Source: an uncultured Bacilli bacterium (GTDB lineage: Bacteria > Bacillota_I > Bacilli_A > RF39 > UBA660). Taken from it: a DNA stretch of 64,000 nucleotides. Of the stretch, positions 57,933-64,000 are shown piece by piece. The notes under the pieces were generated by a model. It saw only the letters and a program-made list of their open reading frames with translations, searched no databases and was not told where the DNA came from. Each line of letters starts with the position of its first letter. The stretch's first letter is position 1. A program made the position numbers and the translations under genes. The stretch covers positions 1,907-65,906 of the forward strand of contig CAKONK010000004.1 of NCBI GenBank assembly GCA_934097085.1, given 5' to 3'.

Positions 57933-58910
57933 ATGATTATAACAAGAACACCATTTAGAGTTAGCTTATGTGGAGGTGGAAGTGACATTAGGTCATTTTA
58001 TGAAAAGCATGGAGGATGTGTTTTAAGTACAACAATTAATAAATACATGTACATTACATCCCATCCGTCATTTGATAAAAAAACAACTGTTTTAAAATAT
58101 TCAAAGACGGAAATAGTCCATAATATTGATGAAATTGAACACAATATTTTTAGGGAATGTTTAAAAAAGGAAGGCATTGAGGGTTTAGAAATTACCTCAA
58201 TTGCGGATGTGCCACAAGGAACAGGTCTTGGCTCATCAAGTTCATTTACTATAGGACTTATAGAAAATTTAAAATGCTATAAAAGAGAGTACATTTCAAA
58301 GTCAGAAGTCGCAGCAGCAGCGTGTGATATGGAGAATAATATTGTTCATACAACAAATGGAAAACAAGATCAATATGCAGCAGCATTTGGTGGACTAAAT
58401 TTTTATAAATTTAATAAAGATGGTTCTGTAGATGTTGAACCAGTATTAATGAATCATGAAGCATTTAAACAATTAGAAAAGAATCTAATAATGTTATATG
58501 TTGGTGGAGAACATAAGGCTTCTTCAATACTAGAGGAACAATCAAAGAATATTGTTACAGCAAAAGACAAAGAAGAAGGTCAAAAGAAGATAATGGAAAT
58601 GACTTATGATTTAAAATATGAGTTAGAACATAATAACATTGATGCTGTTGGAAAAATATTAGATGAAAACTGGAAAATAAAAAGAACGCTTGCAAGCGGA
58701 ATAAGTAACCCACAATTTGATGAATGGTATGAAAGAGCTATCAAAGCTGGAGCAACTGGTGGAAAACTTTTAGGCGCTGGTGGTAGTGGTTTCTTCTTAT
58801 TCTATGTTCCAGAGGAAAAACAAGAAAAATTTAGAAAGGAAATGTCAGATTTGCCTGAGATGGAATTTAAATTTGACCATCAAGGTACAACTGTTATATT
58901 TGTAAGTTAG
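57933..58910 (+). CDS. GHMP-family sugar kinase (D-glycero-D-manno-heptose 7-phosphate kinase HddA-like)
   Basis: PQGTGLGSSSSFTIGL GHMP motif; in operon with gmhA/gmhB/hddC-like genes; SD ggaggagg before ATG 57933. Confidence 0.6.
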   Translation: MIITRTPFRVSLCGGGSDIRSFYEKHGGCVLSTTINKYMYITSHPSFDKKTTVLKYSKTEIVHNIDEIEHNIFRECLKKEGIEGLEITSIADVPQGTGLGSSSSFTIGLIENLKCYKREYISKSEVAAAACDMENNIVHTTNGKQDQYAAAFGGLNFYKFNKDGSVDVEPVLMNHEAFKQLEKNLIMLYVGGEHKASSILEEQSKNIVTAKDKEEGQKKIMEMTYDLKYELEHNNIDAVGKILDENWKIKRTLASGISNPQFDEWYERAIKAGATGGKLLGAGGSGFFLFYVPEEKQEKFRKEMSDLPEMEFKFDHQGTTVIFVS

Positions 58911-58920
58911 GAGGATTTTT

Positions 58921-59868
58921 ATGAGAATATTAGTAACAGGTGGAGCTGGGTTTATAGGAACTCACTTAGTAAGAAAATTATTAGAAATGGGAAATGAAGT
59001 TGTTTGTGTTGATAACTTTACTTTAGGAAAACAGGAAAACGTTGATTGTTTCCTATCTAATCCTAGTTATAAATTTTATAAATTAAATATTGAGGAAACA
59101 GAAAATTTCTGTAGTGCTTTAGCTGACGAAAAATTTGATATGGTTTATCATTTAGCCGCTAATTCCGATATTCAAAAAGGAGGAAAAAATCCAAGCGTAG
59201 ATTATAATGATACTTTTATGACTACATATTCAGTACTTGAATATATGAGAAGAAATGGTATTAAAAAATTATTTTTTGCTTCAACTTCAGCAATTTATGG
59301 AGAAAAAACTGAACTTCTTACAGAGAATGCAGGAGATTTACATCCAATTTCATATTACGGTGGTGCAAAATATGCTAGTGAAGGATTTATTTCATCATAT
59401 AGTTATATGAATGATTTTTCAACAGTTATATTTAGATTTCCAAATGTAATTGGACCTAATTTAACACATGGAGTAATATTTGATTTTGTTAAGAAATTAC
59501 ATAATAATCCAAATGAATTAGAAATTTTGGGAGATGGAACTCAAACTAAACCATATTTATATGTACTTGATTTAGTAGATGCAATCGTAGCATTTACTCA
59601 AGAAAAAGAAATGCAAAGAGGTATTGAAATATATAATGCTGGTGTAGAAAGCACTACAAGTGTAACAAGAATTGCAGATATTGTTTGTGAAGAATTAGGT
59701 TATGAAAATGTAGATTATAAATATACTGGAGGGAATGTTGGTTGGAAAGGCGATGTTCCAAAATTCCAATATGATCTAACTAAGATTCATAATGCCGGAT
59801 GGACAGCACATCATACTTCAGATGAATCTGTAAGAGAAACTGCAAAGTACATTAAGGAACATTTATAA
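58921..59868 (+). CDS. NAD-dependent sugar-nucleotide epimerase/dehydratase (SDR extended family)
   Basis: TGGAGFIGTHL Rossmann motif, YxxxK. Confidence 0.75.
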   Translation: MRILVTGGAGFIGTHLVRKLLEMGNEVVCVDNFTLGKQENVDCFLSNPSYKFYKLNIEETENFCSALADEKFDMVYHLAANSDIQKGGKNPSVDYNDTFMTTYSVLEYMRRNGIKKLFFASTSAIYGEKTELLTENAGDLHPISYYGGAKYASEGFISSYSYMNDFSTVIFRFPNVIGPNLTHGVIFDFVKKLHNNPNELEILGDGTQTKPYLYVLDLVDAIVAFTQEKEMQRGIEIYNAGVESTTSVTRIADIVCEELGYENVDYKYTGGNVGWKGDVPKFQYDLTKIHNAGWTAHHTSDESVRETAKYIKEHL

Positions 59869-60866
59869 TGAAACAAAGGAACTGTTTATTAGATATTTTT
59901 AAACTATTACTTTCCTTTTTTGTTGTATTCATACATACAGGACTATTAAGTTATGTTAGTTATGGAATTTTTATTAAGGATATAGTTTTTAGAATAGCTG
60001 TTCCTTTTTTCTTTGTGTGCTCAGGTTATTATTTTTCTAAAAATGAGAATAAGTCAAAAAAATATTTTAAGAAGTTAATAATTCCTTATGTTATTTTATC
60101 ACCAATATATACGTTAGTTAGTAAATTTCTTTTTAATTATAATTTTTCATTTATAAAAAGTGAGTTTGTAAGATTTATATTTGGTTGTCCACAAAATATT
60201 ATGTGGTATAGTGGCACTTTATTTTTAACTTTGGTAATATTAAAAAAAATTAAATTAAAAAAGGTATTAATTTCCAGTATATTAATAAGTTTAACATTAT
60301 ATGTTATAGGATTATCTTTTACAACATACAATTGGATTTTAATTTTATATTATCCAAAATTAAGTTCATTTTTTTCAAAAATATTTTTAAGTAATAGAAA
60401 CATTTTATTTGTAGGATTTTTATTTACTTCGATTGGTTATTATATGGGTAAATATTTAAAAAATACTAAAAATACACAAAAGCAAATTGTTGCACTAATT
60501 ATTTCATTTATTTTTTTAGTATTAGAAGTTTGTATAGTAAAATCACATATAGATTTGGTTATAGAACATGATTTTTATTTTTCTCATATAGTCTTAATAC
60601 CCACTTTATTTTTAATTATAAGTAATATTTCAATTGAATTTAAGTATGATACTAGAATATTTAGAGACTTATCATCATTTGTTTATTATTTTCATTTTTT
60701 AATTATATATTTATTTATATATTTGAATGATTACAAAAATATTAAATCAGAGTTTTTTCAAGGCGTGCATTATCTAAAATTTAGTTTTGCAGTCTTGTTA
60801 TTTACTTTAGCAATTGGTATACTATTGTTAGGGGTAAGAAAAAGGAGATTAAAATGCAAGCAGTAA
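59868..60866 (+). CDS. membrane O-acyltransferase (acyltransferase 3 family)
   Basis: 332 aa, about 10 TM, His-containing N-terminal motif. Confidence 0.55.
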   Translation: MKQRNCLLDIFKLLLSFFVVFIHTGLLSYVSYGIFIKDIVFRIAVPFFFVCSGYYFSKNENKSKKYFKKLIIPYVILSPIYTLVSKFLFNYNFSFIKSEFVRFIFGCPQNIMWYSGTLFLTLVILKKIKLKKVLISSILISLTLYVIGLSFTTYNWILILYYPKLSSFFSKIFLSNRNILFVGFLFTSIGYYMGKYLKNTKNTQKQIVALIISFIFLVLEVCIVKSHIDLVIEHDFYFSHIVLIPTLFLIISNISIEFKYDTRIFRDLSSFVYYFHFLIIYLFIYLNDYKNIKSEFFQGVHYLKFSFAVLLFTLAIGILLLGVRKRRLKCKQ

Positions 60867-62170
60867 TTCAGGCGGGTGGTAAAGGTACAAGAGTATCTTC
60901 CATAACAGGTGATACGATACCCAAACCTATGTTAGAGGTTTCTGGATATCCTATTTTGTATCATCAAATAATGAATTTGAAAAAATCCAATATAAAAGAT
61001 ATTACAATTATTATTGGTCATCTTGGAGAAGTGATAAAAAATTATTTTAAAGATGGAAAAGAGTTTGGCGTAAATATTACTTATATTGAGGAAAATCCTT
61101 TAGTTCCTCTTGGAACTGCTGGTTCACTATATTATCTAAAAGATAAAATTAAAGACGATTTTGTTTTTCTATTATGTGATGTATTTATTGATATTGATTT
61201 TCAAAAAATGTATGATTTTCATAGAGAAAATAGTGCGGATGTTACACTTCTTACTCATCCTAATGGACATCCATATGATAGTGATTTAGTTGTTGAAAAA
61301 GATAATGTTGTAACTTCATTTGATCATAAAACAAATGATAGAACAAAGTATTATTATAAAAATTTAGTAAATGCTGGTATTATGATTTTTTCACCTAGAG
61401 TATTTGATTATATTAAAGAATTAAAAAAATATAGTTATGAAAAAGATATTGTAGATCCTTTGATAAAAGAAGGAAGAGTACTCTCTTATAAATCTAGCGA
61501 ATATGCAAAAGATATGGGAACTGTAGAAAGATATGCTAAAGTTCAAGAAGATTATAATAGCGGAATATGTTCTGAAAAAAATCTTTCAAAAAAACAAAAA
61601 GCAATATTTTTAGATAGAGATGGTACAATAAATGAATATGTAGGTTTTCTAAGAGATACCAAAGATTTCAAATTACTTCCTGGAGTTAGCGAAGCAATAA
61701 AGAAAATAAATGATTCTGGTTATTTAGCAATTGTTATTACAAATCAACCAGTTGTTGCAAGAGGAGAAGTAAGTTTTGAAAAACTTGATATGATACATAA
61801 CAAAATGGAAACTCTTCTTGGAATGGGTGGTGCATACTTAGATGATATTTATTATTGCCCACATCATCCAGACAAAGGTTTTGAAGGTGAAATACCAGAG
61901 TTAAAAATTAAATGTGATTGTAGAAAGCCTAATATTGGTTTAGTAAAAAAAGCAGCATTAGAACATAACATAGATTTAAATAATTCAATTATGATTGGTG
62001 ATACAACATTGGATATTAAAATGGCCGAAAATGCTGGTATGGAAAGTATTTTAGTAGAAACTGGCCAGGCAGGTCTTGATGGTAAATATAAAGTTAATCC
62101 AACTTATGTTGCTGAAGATTTAATGCAGGCAGTTGATATAATTTTAAAATCAAAGAAAAGAGGTAGATGA
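60854..62170 (+). CDS. bifunctional sugar-1-phosphate nucleotidyltransferase (HddC-like) / D,D-heptose 1,7-bisphosphate phosphatase (GmhB-like HAD)
   Basis: N-terminal AGGKGTR nucleotidyltransferase P-loop; C-terminal FLDRDGTIN ... CDCRKP GmhB-type HAD motifs. Confidence 0.65.
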   Translation: MQAVIQAGGKGTRVSSITGDTIPKPMLEVSGYPILYHQIMNLKKSNIKDITIIIGHLGEVIKNYFKDGKEFGVNITYIEENPLVPLGTAGSLYYLKDKIKDDFVFLLCDVFIDIDFQKMYDFHRENSADVTLLTHPNGHPYDSDLVVEKDNVVTSFDHKTNDRTKYYYKNLVNAGIMIFSPRVFDYIKELKKYSYEKDIVDPLIKEGRVLSYKSSEYAKDMGTVERYAKVQEDYNSGICSEKNLSKKQKAIFLDRDGTINEYVGFLRDTKDFKLLPGVSEAIKKINDSGYLAIVITNQPVVARGEVSFEKLDMIHNKMETLLGMGGAYLDDIYYCPHHPDKGFEGEIPELKIKCDCRKPNIGLVKKAALEHNIDLNNSIMIGDTTLDIKMAENAGMESILVETGQAGLDGKYKVNPTYVAEDLMQAVDIILKSKKRGR

Positions 62171-62171
62171 A

Positions 62172-62780
62172 ATGGTAGATTTTAAAAAAGCAATTAATGA
62201 GTATTATGAAAGGGAAATAAACATTATTAAAAATCTTAACTTAGATGAATTAAATGAATCTATGAATGCGATTCTTGATACATATAATAATGGTGGAACA
62301 ATTTATGTATGCGGAAATGGTGGAAGTGCATCAACAGCATCACACATGCAAAATGATTTTAATAAAGGTATCAGTGAGTATACTGAAAAAAAATTTAATT
62401 TTTATTGTTTAAATGACAATGTATCAACAATGATGGCTGTTGCAAATGATATTGGTTATGAAGAAGTATTTAGATTCCCTTTAAGAGGTAAAATAACATC
62501 AAATGATTTATTTGTTGGAATTAGTGGATCTGGAAATTCAAAAAATGTTGTTAATGCAGCAGAGTATGCAAAAGAATGTGGCGCAAAAGTTGTTGGAATT
62601 ACTGGTTATAAAGGTGGTAAATTAAAAGAACTTGCTGATTATAAAATGCATGTTGATGAATGTGATATGCAAATTGATGAAGATATTCATATGACCTTTG
62701 ATCATATGATGATGAAGATTTTCTATAATTATTTAACAAAAAATGAAATTACAGGAAATAATATAGCTGATACACATTAA
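62172..62780 (+). CDS. gmhA: phosphoheptose isomerase (SIS domain, GmhA)
   Basis: 202 aa; VCGNGGSASTASH SIS motif. Confidence 0.75.
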   Translation: MVDFKKAINEYYEREINIIKNLNLDELNESMNAILDTYNNGGTIYVCGNGGSASTASHMQNDFNKGISEYTEKKFNFYCLNDNVSTMMAVANDIGYEEVFRFPLRGKITSNDLFVGISGSGNSKNVVNAAEYAKECGAKVVGITGYKGGKLKELADYKMHVDECDMQIDEDIHMTFDHMMMKIFYNYLTKNEITGNNIADTH

Positions 62781-62870
62781 AAAATAAATTTAAAGCACAA
62801 TATTAGTGCTTTTTCTTTTGGTTTATGGTAAAATTATTTTATGTGAATAATTATTAGGAGTGAGGGTTTT

Positions 62871-64000
62871 ATGAAAAAAGAAAAAAAAGAATTAGCAATA
62901 GTTTTTGGAATAACAAAAGATTTAGATTTTGCTTTGGCAAATGTTTTGATTGGAATAAAAAAGCATTTTAGTTATAAGAATAAATTTGATATTATAGTTT
63001 ATCATGACGGTCTTACTGAAGAAATAAAAAGTATGTTAAGTAATATTTATCCATGTGATTTTAAGCTGTTTAAAAGTAAAGTTTCTGAAAGTAAATTATC
63101 AACAGAAAATTTAAAATTATACTCTAATCTTTGTTTGGCAAGATTTGAGTGTTTTGATTTACTTAATATTTATAAAAAAATTGTTTGGCACGATGTTGAT
63201 ATATTAATTCAGAATGATTTTAAAGATTTATTAAATTATGGAAATAAATCTGGACTTGCAATGACATATAGTGATATTGGATTTTTAACTGAATCAAATT
63301 TTAACGAACCAATTTCAAATTATAATATGTTTTTGCCACTTTTAAATTCAGGCATAATTGTATTTTCAGATACATTAAAAGATTATTCATTAATGACCAA
63401 ATGGTGTTATAAAAAACTTGAAGAACTTGGAGATAAAGTTAGATATTTAGATCAGGGAATATTAAATTTACTTGTACAAGAATTTGATATAAGTATTGAG
63501 ACAATAGACATAAATAAGTATTGTTGTCATCCAATGAGAAAAAATTATAAAGAAGCAGCAATAATTCATGCATATGGTTATGATAAGTTTTGGAATGCAA
63601 ATTATTTATATGAAAAATTTCCCGAATGGAATGAGAACCTTTTGGAATGGGCAAAAATAAAAAAAGATTATTATTTAATTAATAATGAAATGAAAAAGCC
63701 AGATATTTCTGTAGTTATGTCAATTTTTAAAAGAGTTATATTTTTAGATGAGGCTATTGAAAGTATTTTAAATCAAACTTTTACTAATTTTGAATTTATA
63801 ATTGTGATTGAGCATTCTGATGAACAAGAAAAAATAAATAAGTACATAACAAGTAAATATAATGATAAAAGGATTAAGTTAATTAATAATAAGACAAAAT
63901 TGGGTTTTGCTGAATCACTAAATGTTGGTATAAAATTAGCTAAAGGTAAATATATTGCAAGAATGGATGATGATGATATTTCATTACCTTTACGTTTTGA
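62871..64000 (+). CDS. bifunctional glycosyltransferase (GT8 N-terminal + GT2 C-terminal), 3'-partial at window end
   Basis: Open frame from ATG 62871 to window end; GT8-like N-terminal segment; GT2 start ISVVMSIFKRVIFLDEAIESILNQTFTNFEFIIV. Confidence 0.6.
   Translation, partial: MKKEKKELAIVFGITKDLDFALANVLIGIKKHFSYKNKFDIIVYHDGLTEEIKSMLSNIYPCDFKLFKSKVSESKLSTENLKLYSNLCLARFECFDLLNIYKKIVWHDVDILIQNDFKDLLNYGNKSGLAMTYSDIGFLTESNFNEPISNYNMFLPLLNSGIIVFSDTLKDYSLMTKWCYKKLEELGDKVRYLDQGILNLLVQEFDISIETIDINKYCCHPMRKNYKEAAIIHAYGYDKFWNANYLYEKFPEWNENLLEWAKIKKDYYLINNEMKKPDISVVMSIFKRVIFLDEAIESILNQTFTNFEFIIVIEHSDEQEKINKYITSKYNDKRIKLINNKTKLGFAESLNVGIKLAKGKYIARMDDDDISLPLRF

Overview
This is an AT-rich (about 25-28% GC) chromosomal segment from a low-GC Firmicute, Clostridia-like, with standard code and Shine-Dalgarno sites. 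The backbone is housekeeping: TrmH-type rRNA methylase, SigH-like sigma factor, tRNA-His, NifS-type cysteine desulfurase, thiol-redox genes, typA/bipA, secE-nusG, uvrA, rluA, and tRNA-Glu and tRNA-Asn. Between these sit several accessory modules.

1. 14.27-18.70 kb holds a complete diversity-generating retroelement (DGR): a target gene with a C-terminal variable repeat (VR), two Avd-like genes, a template repeat (TR) and a reverse transcriptase. VR and TR differ by 21 substitutions, all at TR adenines. This is the standout feature.
2. 18.98-22.51 kb holds a tandem array of DinD/Bro-N paralogs, three intact and three decayed, joined by precisely repeated gene junctions.
3. An IS-transposase remnant lies near cell-wall hydrolase genes (GH25 muramidase, class-A beta-lactamase-like, SleB-like).
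4. A HigB toxin is paired with a HigA-ImmA fusion.
5. A Tad/Flp-type pilus locus carries three divergent prepilin-like genes and a paralogous pair of Cys-rich 2-TM minipeptides.
6. A GDP-heptose surface-glycan cluster (gmhA, hddA-like kinase, hddC-gmhB fusion, epimerase, O-acyltransferase, GT8-GT2 glycosyltransferase, ABC-2 exporter, WecA/TagO) runs off the window end.
7. A YafQ-toxin remnant sits between tRNA-Glu and typA.
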